From Fidelibacterota bacterium (lineage in GTDB: Bacteria; Fidelibacterota; SORT01), in assembly GCA_022573815.1 (NCBI GenBank), contig JACZTG010000002.1, forward strand, positions 77,449 to 141,448: a stretch of DNA of 64,000 nucleotides, in the 5' to 3' direction. The position numbers and the translations under genes were made by a program. Of this stretch, positions 10,038 through 18,310 are shown in pieces. Numbering within the stretch: the first letter of the stretch is position 1; each line of letters starts with the position of its first letter. The notes under the pieces were generated by a model that was not told the DNA's origin, searched no databases, and was given only the letters and a program-made list of their open reading frames with translations.

Positions 10038-10430
10038 GTGGGGTTCTCCGTCGACAAATCATATATACTTCCGATAATATTCTTTTCGCTATTCGGCTGC
10101 TCAGATAGTGAAAGTCTTGGTGAGATAAGTTATAACGATCAAATCCAGGAATCTATTTTCATATTTTCATGCAGTACGGCAGCTTGCCATGACGCTTCAA
10201 GTGCGGGCGGACTGGATCTGACATCATATGCCACACTGATGACAGGCGGAAACAGTGGATTAGTGATTCAGCCCGGAAACGCTGATGAAAGCCCGCTGAT
10301 ATGGAGCGTGGAAGGAAGAGACCCCGTTGGCAATCCGGTAAACATCATGCCAAAGGATTTACAACCATTGTTAAGGTCGGAAATAAACATCATAAAAGAT
10401 TGGATTGATCAAGGAGCTAAAGATAATTAA
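10038..10430 (+). CDS. periplasmic lipoprotein with a PSCyt1-like (Planctomycete cytochrome c-like) domain and CX4CH motif
   Basis: Lipobox LFGC. CSTAACH...GGLDLTSYATLMTGGNSGLVIQPGNADESPLIWSV...MP...L...EINIIKDWIDQGA follows the PSCyt1 pattern, with the heme motif as CX4CH. Starts 4 nt after the sdhB stop. Confidence 0.5.
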   Translation: MGFSVDKSYILPIIFFSLFGCSDSESLGEISYNDQIQESIFIFSCSTAACHDASSAGGLDLTSYATLMTGGNSGLVIQPGNADESPLIWSVEGRDPVGNPVNIMPKDLQPLLRSEINIIKDWIDQGAKDN

Positions 10431-11514
10431 CTATAAAAAAATATTTATTCGATTCGTAATTGTGTTGGCTGTATCTCTGACAGTAGCATCTCCAATACGC
10501 AGTCAGGAACTACTGCATTTCGGGATCAATGAAATAGATTCCCGTTCTATCGGGATGGGATTAACAGGCATTGTGGATGCGTACGGCCCTTTATCGGTAT
10601 TAAGAAATCCGGCTCTGAACCGGTCCGGAAGAGCGCTGAGCTTCAAACCGCTGTTTCAATGGAATGGAAATAATAAATGGGGTGATGTAATTGCCATACC
10701 GCGACAGCTGAGTGGGACAGGAAACGGATCTTCGTCCGTTATACCGAATAGCTTATTAGGACTTACGTCGAGATATTTTGGCGTTATTGTGCAGGGGAAA
10801 GGCACAACAGTGGGATATATTCATTCGAACAGGGACGAGCTATTATTCAATGACGGTTTTGGACTTTTCGATCCACAACCGAAATTTTATGGCAGACACG
10901 TAGAATCTGATTTTTTGTTCGCCGGATATACGTTTAATATTACCCATCGGAGCAGAGTCGGTGTTCTCCTTAAAAATTTCCGCATGATGGATACAGGCTT
11001 GCGATCAATTAATGCAACTTCCCTGAGGAGCGCCAATGACGTTGATGATTTTCTTGATGAGGAAGGCTCCCGCGTTGAGACTAATGTAGGAATTGATCTT
11101 GGCGCATTGTTCACTATGAATATCCTCAGAAGACCAATAACCGTTGGAGTGGCGATTAATAACGTAGCGACTGACTCGTTGTTCGGATTTAAGCCGCCGA
11201 CTTATGTTAACGTCGGTCTTGCTTTGGTTCCGTTTAGTGGTCTCCTATTAGAAGCAAATGTTGTGAATAGATTAGAAAACGATAATAATTCTTCTGACGT
11301 AGAATTTCGATTCGGAGTAGAATATATCTTTAGCGGAATCCGAATCAGGTCCGGAATCGCAGGGGAAAACGCTTCTTTTGGTGTCGGTATCGGTGGAGAG
11401 GGACTGAGTCTTGATTATGGTGTAATTGAAGTGGATCATAACAGTCTCAATGGCGGGATAGTAAAAGAAACTTTTCAATCGTTTCAGATCAGCGTCAGCG
11501 GTCGTTTTTATTGA
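10405..11514 (+). CDS. PorV/PorQ (FadL-like) family outer-membrane beta-barrel protein, paralogue 2
   Basis: Signal peptide. SRSIGMGLTGIVDAYG...RNPAL N-terminal motif as in paralogue 1. Beta-barrel-like strands and a C-terminal SGRFY. Confidence 0.45.
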   Translation: MIKELKIINYKKIFIRFVIVLAVSLTVASPIRSQELLHFGINEIDSRSIGMGLTGIVDAYGPLSVLRNPALNRSGRALSFKPLFQWNGNNKWGDVIAIPRQLSGTGNGSSSVIPNSLLGLTSRYFGVIVQGKGTTVGYIHSNRDELLFNDGFGLFDPQPKFYGRHVESDFLFAGYTFNITHRSRVGVLLKNFRMMDTGLRSINATSLRSANDVDDFLDEEGSRVETNVGIDLGALFTMNILRRPITVGVAINNVATDSLFGFKPPTYVNVGLALVPFSGLLLEANVVNRLENDNNSSDVEFRFGVEYIFSGIRIRSGIAGENASFGVGIGGEGLSLDYGVIEVDHNSLNGGIVKETFQSFQISVSGRFY

Positions 11515-11933
11515 TGGAAACGTTTGAGCAAAATTCCGCAGGATTTATATTGTTTAAGGACAACGGAGAACGAAAATATTTACTGCTGAAACATGGAATG
11601 AACTATTGGAATTTTCCGAAAGGGAAAATAGAATCGGGCGAAAGTGATTTGGACGCAGCAAAACGAGAATTGTATGAAGAAACCGGATTAGATAAAATAG
11701 AGATCATAGATGGTTTCGAAGAGAAGTTCGGATATACATTTCTTGTGAAGGAAGGCTTGATAAAGAAAGTAGTAAAAATGTTTCTTGCTAAGTATCTTTA
11801 TGGATCAATCAATCTTTCTCAAGAGCATGAGGAATATCAGTGGTACGTTTTTGAAGATGCGGTGGTTATTTTGAAATTTAATAATATTAGAAAATCACTC
11901 AAAGTGGCGGATAAATATTTATCTGATAAATAG
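11514..11933 (+). CDS. NUDIX hydrolase
   Basis: Complete Nudix box GKIESGESDLDAAKRELYEETGL. ATG overlaps the stop of the preceding gene. Confidence 0.75.
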   Translation: METFEQNSAGFILFKDNGERKYLLLKHGMNYWNFPKGKIESGESDLDAAKRELYEETGLDKIEIIDGFEEKFGYTFLVKEGLIKKVVKMFLAKYLYGSINLSQEHEEYQWYVFEDAVVILKFNNIRKSLKVADKYLSDK

Positions 11934-11936
11934 AGT

Positions 11937-12221
11937 ATGCTGAAAAAAGTTATGACAGCGGATGAGCTGGCTGATTATCTACAGTTCAGTCGCTCAACAA
12001 TTTACAAAATGGCTCGCGCGGGAACAATCCCTGCAATAAAATTCGAAAATGTTTGGCGATTTTCAAAAGATGCCATTGATTTATGGCTTAAAAATCAATC
12101 TGTGGAGAATTACAGGGGTAGCCTTGAAGAACGCGTAGGCACGCTTGAGCATGTAGAGTTCAGGACATTTGAACTTCACCTTCGATCGGATTTGTCGAAG
12201 AAGGCCTTTTATAGTGGTTAG
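11937..12221 (+). CDS. excisionase-family helix-turn-helix DNA-binding protein (putative antitoxin)
   Basis: MTADELADYLQFSRSTIYKMARAGTIPAIKFENVWRFSKDAIDLWL is a typical HTH_17/excisionase-type domain. Directly precedes a PIN-domain gene. Confidence 0.7.
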   Translation: MLKKVMTADELADYLQFSRSTIYKMARAGTIPAIKFENVWRFSKDAIDLWLKNQSVENYRGSLEERVGTLEHVEFRTFELHLRSDLSKKAFYSG

Positions 12222-12696
12222 AGATAGCATACTGCTAAATACCGACGTGCTTCTGCATGCAGCTGATTCGTCTTCGCGGCTTCACCTATACGCTCTAAAC
12301 GTTCGTGAACTGGCAGTTAAGAGTGACATTAAGGGGTGTGTCAGTATGGGAGTGCTGAGTGAATTGATGGTTGCTTTAACCAGCGAATGGCATGTTCGAA
12401 ATCCCATAAGCTCTTCGGATGCTATTGCCGAATATGAAAAATATATAAATCTTAAACCTATTAATAAGATAATCAACCTGATGAATTCGTATAAAACGAT
12501 AAATAATTTAGTGAGAGATTACAATCTTAAGGGCACAGATATCAGACTCGCCGAATTAGTGGCAACTATGCTGGATAACAGGGTATACAAATTGTGTACC
12601 TTCCAGCTGGAAGATTATGAACGTTTTACCGAGATCGAAGTCTTGAATCCTTTCGAGTTCGACAACAGGCAAACTAATATTCAATTTGGAGATTAA
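12214..12696 (+). CDS. PIN-domain protein (putative VapC-like toxin)
   Basis: Likely GTG start at 12214 gives an N-terminus VVRDSILLNTDVLLHA, the PIN 'LLDTNVLL'-type first motif. Further acidic residues are spaced as in PIN folds. The start overlaps the HTH gene stop by 8 nt. Confidence 0.5.
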   Translation: MVRDSILLNTDVLLHAADSSSRLHLYALNVRELAVKSDIKGCVSMGVLSELMVALTSEWHVRNPISSSDAIAEYEKYINLKPINKIINLMNSYKTINNLVRDYNLKGTDIRLAELVATMLDNRVYKLCTFQLEDYERFTEIEVLNPFEFDNRQTNIQFGD

Positions 12697-13879
12697 TCTG
12701 AAAACTATATTTTTGATTTTCCTTCTGTTGCTGATTTCATGCGGAAACGATGATGAACATTTAAATTTCCATCATTCGTCATTTGTAGCAGATCTTCATG
12801 ATGATACTCCCCTTAAGATTTTGAAGGGGTTAGATTTGGGTGAGCGAAACACCGTTGGACAGATAGATATACCCCGTATGAAAGAAGGCGGGATGGATCT
12901 CATATTTTTCGCTATCTGGATGGATTCCATCAATTACGTCGATAACGATAATGCGTATAAAAAGGCAAATGAAATAATTGATGCCGTAGAGGCGGTAGAA
13001 CAAAAATATCCTACTAAAATAAGGTTAATCAGATCGGCAGATGAAGCACTTTCAACCGTTGAAGATGGTATGATTGCCGGAACATTTGGAATGGAAGGAG
13101 GATATGCTATTGAAAATGATCTATCAAAGTTAGAGCATTTTTATTCGCGCGGAGTAAGATACTTTGCTCCAACCTGGAATCACAATACAAGTTGGGCGAC
13201 AGCGGCAAAATTCGAGTCAACGGATAAATCAGGCTATCCGCTCGGTTTAACTGAATTCGGACGCGAGGTCATCAAAAAATGTAATGAATTGGGTATTATG
13301 ATTGATCTGTCTCATTCAGGTGAAAAAACCGTAATGGATATTTTAGAAACGACAGAAGACCCCGTGATAGCATCTCACTCTTCCGCATGGAGATTGACAC
13401 CTCATTACCGAAATTTAAAAGATTCGCAACTAAAGGCCATTGCAGCGGGTGGGGGCGTAATATTCGTGAATTTCAATTCAGGATTTGTAGACAGCACATA
13501 TAAAAGCCGGTATGATGATTTAATAGAATTTCACAAAAGGGAAGTTGATTCTATTAGGGCGGAACTGGAATTTGAGGATAGAATCGGCGACCTTAATGAG
13601 GAAATAGATATACTCTTTAAAAGTGAATTAGATAAAATCAGACCGCCATTCGCAACCATTATTGATCACATAGATTATATCGCAAAACTTGTAGGAGTTG
13701 ATCATGTGGGATTGGGATCAGATTTCGATGGAGTACGTTCAATGCCTAAGGAAATGGATGATGTGAGTGATTTACCAAAAATAACTAAAGCACTTTTTGA
13801 CAGGGGTTACTCTGAAGAAGATTTGGAAATGATCCTGGGCGGAAATTTATTAAGAGTATTTAAAAAAGTAACGGGTTAA
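12686..13879 (+). CDS. membrane dipeptidase (peptidase M19 family) lipoprotein
   Basis: Lipobox LISC. ADLHDDTPL, DIPRMKEGGMDLIFFAIW, HSGEKT and SDFDG metal-site motifs of the renal dipeptidase family. Confidence 0.8.
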   Translation: MEINLKTIFLIFLLLLISCGNDDEHLNFHHSSFVADLHDDTPLKILKGLDLGERNTVGQIDIPRMKEGGMDLIFFAIWMDSINYVDNDNAYKKANEIIDAVEAVEQKYPTKIRLIRSADEALSTVEDGMIAGTFGMEGGYAIENDLSKLEHFYSRGVRYFAPTWNHNTSWATAAKFESTDKSGYPLGLTEFGREVIKKCNELGIMIDLSHSGEKTVMDILETTEDPVIASHSSAWRLTPHYRNLKDSQLKAIAAGGGVIFVNFNSGFVDSTYKSRYDDLIEFHKREVDSIRAELEFEDRIGDLNEEIDILFKSELDKIRPPFATIIDHIDYIAKLVGVDHVGLGSDFDGVRSMPKEMDDVSDLPKITKALFDRGYSEEDLEMILGGNLLRVFKKVTG

Positions 13880-13887
13880 AATGCCTG

Positions 13888-14139
13888 TTAAGCACTTGTT
13901 ATTGCAGATTGTATAACGCTTTCTATATAAACTTTGCTTGAAGTTCCCGGAACCACAAATTTCTCATTAATTAGATAATACGGGGTAACAGCAAGTTTCT
14001 TAAAGTTATTTTTTCCATTATTCAGATTTGAAACGTTAACAATATTCAAATTGATTGCTTCAATTTCCACGGTAATTTCTTTGATTCGTTTTATTGCGAT
14101 TACGCACTGAGGACACTTCTCTGTGACGAAAAGTTCCAC
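13888..14139 (-). CDS. small thioredoxin-fold protein (glutaredoxin-like, CPQC)
   Basis: VELFVTEKCPQCVIAIK... gives a beta-1/CxxC arrangement typical of small Trx-fold proteins. Probable GTG start 2 codons after the crp-like stop. The longer ORF to 14214 would overlap crp by 68 nt. Confidence 0.45.
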   Translation of the reverse strand: MELFVTEKCPQCVIAIKRIKEITVEIEAINLNIVNVSNLNNGKNNFKKLAVTPYYLINEKFVVPGTSSKVYIESVIQSAITSA

Positions 14140-14146
14140 TTCAACT

Positions 14147-14833
14147 TTAGATTCCAGCTCTATCTTTGAGCCCTTTCTCGTTGATGACGATAACTTTACG
14201 TCTTTTAAATTCAATTAAACCCTCGCGCTTAAAGTCGTTAAGGCAAGCCGTTGTGGTTTCTCTGGTTGAGCCGATAAGGTTTGCGTAATCATAGTGAGTA
14301 AGACTGATATCAATGAGCGTATTACCGTCAACGTCTTTTCCATGCCTTTCGGAAAGGCGGAGTAAGAGAATTGCGAGCCGTTCATGAACACCCCGGAAAA
14401 CAAGGTCTTCGAGCATATTTTCAATTTCTCTACGCCTGAATCCCATAAGTTTTGTGATACTGAGAGCAAGTTCGGGTTTATTATGGATGAACTCTTCAAA
14501 GTCTTTTCTGCTGATAACACATAGATAAGCCTTTTCAATAGCTTCCGCCACTGTTGATCGAGTTTCCTCGTCATTGATGAGTGCGGATTCACCAAATATT
14601 TCTCCCGGTTCGAGAATAACGAGTGTAATTTCACGCCCGTCTTCGGATAGTTTAGAGATTTTAACACGGCCTTCCTTCAGCAGGTAAACTTGATCGCTCA
14701 CATCTCCCGGCAGATAGATCAGGTCTTTCTTGTCGTAATGTTTCATATAGGTGATGCCGTCCAAATGCTTTACTTCCGCATTCGACATACCCTTGAAAAT
14801 GTTTATTCTCTTGAGGTACCATGTCTTTTCCAT
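14147..14833 (-). CDS. Crp/Fnr-family transcriptional regulator
   Basis: cNMP-binding beta-roll (LLKEGRVKISKLSEDGREITLVILEPGEIFGE) plus C-terminal HTH (IGSTRETTTACLNDFKREGLI). Confidence 0.85.
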   Translation of the reverse strand: MEKTWYLKRINIFKGMSNAEVKHLDGITYMKHYDKKDLIYLPGDVSDQVYLLKEGRVKISKLSEDGREITLVILEPGEIFGESALINDEETRSTVAEAIEKAYLCVISRKDFEEFIHNKPELALSITKLMGFRRREIENMLEDLVFRGVHERLAILLLRLSERHGKDVDGNTLIDISLTHYDYANLIGSTRETTTACLNDFKREGLIEFKRRKVIVINEKGLKDRAGI

Positions 14834-14944
14834 TTAACATGACTCCAAATTAGGAAAATTATTTTTTAATAATGTAAGTATAACTACAAAACCTTTTATG
14901 GCTAATCCAATTTAAAATTGAAGATGATAGCATCAAAGTCTTAT

Positions 14945-16576
14945 CTACATTGATTCAGGCGCTGAAATACCCAGCAATCCGAGTCCATTTTTCAGTACAA
15001 TTGCTGTTGCGGAGCATAAATTTACTCGTGCAGCAGAGAGGTCTTTATCATCACTTACTATTCGGTGCTTTTCGTAAAAACGAGAAAACAGTGTCGCTAC
15101 TTCGGAAAGGTATGTGGTAAGCAAATGAATATGTAAATTTTGTTGAAGATTCAGAATCAATTCCGGCAGTTCACCGAGAGAGAAAATGAGCGCTGCTTCT
15201 TCTTTGGAATCCAACAACGAAAGATTCGAGTTTTCAGGATTAATATTATTTTCATTCGCGAGTCGAATCAGACTTGAAATACGAGCAAACGCATACTGTA
15301 CATAATAGACAGGATTTTCGTCCGATTCCTTTTTTGCCAAGTCTATCTCAAAATTTAGGTGACTGTTGACGCTTCGCATAAGAAAAAAATATCGGAGTAC
15401 ATCCGTACCAACTTCGGAATTGAGCTCGTCAAGCGTGACATAGTTTGCTTTACGGGTGGACATTTTAATCTTTTTGCCCTCTTTAGTCAACGTCACAAAC
15501 TGATGCAGTAGCACCTGAATCTTGTTACTGTCATAACCAAGCGCGCCTACCGCAGCGACTACATCGGGAAACGATGCGTGATGGTCTGCGCCTAAAATGT
15601 CTATAATAATGTCGTAGTTTCTCTGAATCTTATCCACGTGATATGCTATATCGGGCATACGATATGTATATTCTCCGCTGCTTTTAATTATGACTCTGTC
15701 ATCGTCCGTTCCCAAAGCCGCTGATTTTAACCATACGGCACCATCCTTATCATAAGCCAGATTTTCTTCACGGAATTTATTTACGATTGCCTCAATAGCC
15801 CCCGAGCTGTAAAACTCGTCTTCGTTGGAGTACTTGTCCATCCTGATACCGATATTATCAAGGGTCTTTTGAATTTCTGCAAAAATTGTTTTCTCTGCTA
15901 TATCCTTGAAAGGTGTTATATCATCTGAATCAGCGAGTGAGTCACCTTTTTCATCAAGAAGGAGCTGAGCTATATCAATCAGGTATTCACCTTCATATCC
16001 GTCATTTGGGAATTCGGAAGGCTTGCCGAGTTTCTCAAGGTAATGATGTTTGACAGTTTCGCCCAAAATCCTCATTTGTCTTCCGGCGTTGTTGAAGTAA
16101 TATTCCCTTGTGACTTTATAGCCGGAGAATTCGAATATGTGCGAAACGGTGTCGCCGATTACAGCGTTTCTTCCATGTCCGACGTTTAAAGGTCCGGTAG
16201 GATTCGCGCTGACAAATTCAATGTTTACGGTTTTGCCTGTTCCGACATTTGATCTGCCGTAATTCTCGTTGTCCGATAAAATCCTTTCGATTATTTTTGT
16301 TCTGTATCCAACACCGAATTTAAAATTTATAAAACCGGGAGGAGCCACATTTACACTCTCAATTTTATTCTTATCAAGGTCAAGATTATCAATTAACGAT
16401 TGGGCGATCTCCATCGGATTTTTTTTTGCTTTACCCGCCAAAAGAAGAGCAAGATTTGAGGAAATATCTCCGTGCTCGGAACTTTTTGGTTTTTCTAGGG
16501 ATATATCGGCGATAGAATCAGAATAGCCCAGAGCGCCGGCTGCTTCAGATAATGCCTTTAATAGGTATTCTTTCAT
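14945..16576 (-). CDS. argS: arginine--tRNA ligase
   Basis: SANPTGPLNVGHGRNAVIGD (HIGH-type), KMSTRK (KMSKS-type), and a DALR-like C-terminal anticodon-binding domain. Confidence 0.9.
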   Translation of the reverse strand: MKEYLLKALSEAAGALGYSDSIADISLEKPKSSEHGDISSNLALLLAGKAKKNPMEIAQSLIDNLDLDKNKIESVNVAPPGFINFKFGVGYRTKIIERILSDNENYGRSNVGTGKTVNIEFVSANPTGPLNVGHGRNAVIGDTVSHIFEFSGYKVTREYYFNNAGRQMRILGETVKHHYLEKLGKPSEFPNDGYEGEYLIDIAQLLLDEKGDSLADSDDITPFKDIAEKTIFAEIQKTLDNIGIRMDKYSNEDEFYSSGAIEAIVNKFREENLAYDKDGAVWLKSAALGTDDDRVIIKSSGEYTYRMPDIAYHVDKIQRNYDIIIDILGADHHASFPDVVAAVGALGYDSNKIQVLLHQFVTLTKEGKKIKMSTRKANYVTLDELNSEVGTDVLRYFFLMRSVNSHLNFEIDLAKKESDENPVYYVQYAFARISSLIRLANENNINPENSNLSLLDSKEEAALIFSLGELPELILNLQQNLHIHLLTTYLSEVATLFSRFYEKHRIVSDDKDLSAARVNLCSATAIVLKNGLGLLGISAPESM

Positions 16577-16581
16577 CGGTT

Positions 16582-16977
16582 TTAATCAGAAACAGATGAT
16601 ATATCAGCGTCTGCCCACAGCCTCTCAATATCATAATATTCTCTTGTAGTTCTATCGAATACATGCACGACAACATCAACGTAATCAAGTAACACCCATT
16701 TCAAACTTTCGTATCCTTCTACATGCCATGGTTTGGAAACCTTAACGGTGTTATCCTGTATATGATCGACAATAGCTTTCACGTGTAAATTACCGTTTCC
16801 GGTCACAATGACAAAGTAGTCGGTCATATCTGTTAAGCCGGCTAAATCGAATATTTTAATTTCTTCACCTATTTTCTCCAAAGCAGCATTCGCTATAATT
16901 TCAGCAAGAGATTTAGAACTATAATCAGTCTTCTTGGAAGTGGAAATTTTGATATTCTTATTATCAGGTGGTACCAA
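16582..16977 (-). CDS. rsfS: ribosome silencing factor RsfS (Iojap family)
   Basis: DYFVIVTGNGNLHVKAI...WVLLDYVDVVVHVF...REYYDIERLW matches the RsfS/Iojap domain. Confidence 0.85.
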   Translation of the reverse strand: MVPPDNKNIKISTSKKTDYSSKSLAEIIANAALEKIGEEIKIFDLAGLTDMTDYFVIVTGNGNLHVKAIVDHIQDNTVKVSKPWHVEGYESLKWVLLDYVDVVVHVFDRTTREYYDIERLWADADISSVSD

Positions 16978-16982
16978 TTATT

Positions 16983-17543
16983 CTACGGCAGCTCTCTATT
17001 TAAATTGAATGGCGCAAGATGTTTGTAATCTTTTCCAAGTATGACGGTAGCGTCCAATATCAGAGATTTGTTTATTTCCTGAAGCACAGAAAGAGTATCG
17101 ATATTCAGTATCTCCGCGAGATTCCGTGCGGAATATAAATTTCCCGTTCTATCTTTAACCATGGAATAAATATAATCTGTTCTACCGGCGTCGTCAGTTT
17201 TAACAACGTCGAATCCTTTTTCTCTGAGAAAATCGGTGACTTCGGCGGCAATTCCATCAACTCCAATACCGTTTAAAACTTCCACTTTGATATCACGATA
17301 TTGCTTCTCCATCCACATCTTGCTTGTCAGGGTGGTAGCCTCTTCAGGCAAGCTGATTAATACAGATGAACCGTCTTTTTTTGCTATAAACTGACGGTGC
17401 GCCCATGAGTAACCCAATGCAAAAACTAAAATTGTTAAGACAGCAACCGAACTGTTTAAGAATAGGTTACCGGATTTCTTTTTCCGGCGGTTTACACCTG
17501 CAGGAGATTTCAAGGATTTTCGCCTGTATCTACGTCTCACCAT
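16983..17543 (-). CDS. LytR C-terminal (LytR_C) domain membrane protein
   Basis: Basic N-terminus and one TM. VEVLNGIGVDGIAAEVTDFLREKGFDV is the LytR_C signature. Confidence 0.6.
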   Translation of the reverse strand: MVRRRYRRKSLKSPAGVNRRKKKSGNLFLNSSVAVLTILVFALGYSWAHRQFIAKKDGSSVLISLPEEATTLTSKMWMEKQYRDIKVEVLNGIGVDGIAAEVTDFLREKGFDVVKTDDAGRTDYIYSMVKDRTGNLYSARNLAEILNIDTLSVLQEINKSLILDATVILGKDYKHLAPFNLNRELP

Positions 17544-17649
17544 TAGGAAATTGGCTTGAAGCCTGTAACAGGTAAAAAAGAATTTTCAGTTATTGAAGAA
17601 TTAAATATCAGAAAATGAGTATATAGCATCCTTACCCGGCTAATAGGAC

Positions 17650-18117
17650 TTAGTATCTCCTGTAGCGAGAATACGGATTTGCTCCATATCTTGGATAATT
17701 ATTTATACTGAATTTGATTGCCATATTTTCTGTGGGGAAATAACTAATTTCACCACCGCCGACAAACTTTCCCTGATTTGCAGAAGGAGAAGGCGTGTAA
17801 AAAGACTGTAACGGGTCGTGAACGTAACCGAGATTCAGGTTAAGAAATATTTTATCGTTAACAGGATAGAGAATTTGATTCATATACAAACCATATGAGC
17901 TGGAACGCCCGCCGCCGGAACCGAATCCGACCGAATAGCTTTGGCTCATCTTGACTTTTGAAAAGTCTAAAAATCCGAGTATCGAACTACCGTTATATCC
18001 CGTCGGCAATCGAAGACTTTCGGAAATGGTCGGCGCATTATCCTGATTTTTATATTGTGAAAATCCGGCTACAGGCAATGATAATAAAAGTATTGCTGTT
18101 AGTATTGTTCTTTTCAT
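17650..18117 (-). CDS. hypothetical secreted or outer-membrane beta-barrel-like protein
   Basis: Signal peptide (MKRTILTAILLLSLPVAGFSQ). Gly/Tyr/Ser-rich alternating pattern and an aromatic C-terminal residue. Confidence 0.3.
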   Translation of the reverse strand: MKRTILTAILLLSLPVAGFSQYKNQDNAPTISESLRLPTGYNGSSILGFLDFSKVKMSQSYSVGFGSGGGRSSSYGLYMNQILYPVNDKIFLNLNLGYVHDPLQSFYTPSPSANQGKFVGGGEISYFPTENMAIKFSINNYPRYGANPYSRYRRY

Positions 18118-18310
18118 TCGATCATCCCTTTAGTGCTGTTAAATAACCCAGCTTACAGAGGAATATATAGGCGTAATAGTCAACTGTCAAGTAATTTTGA
18201 ACAGAATTGACAGAGATATTACCTCAAAGAATAGCTGATATTCCGAAACTCTTGCTTATAGCGAGGCGATAAGATAAATTTTGAGTTGTAAATAATGTGG
18301 GGATAGTGGA

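Noticed and set aside
12282-12476. Minus-strand 64-aa ORF within the PIN gene
   Set aside because: It is antisense to the PIN frame and has no features of its own.
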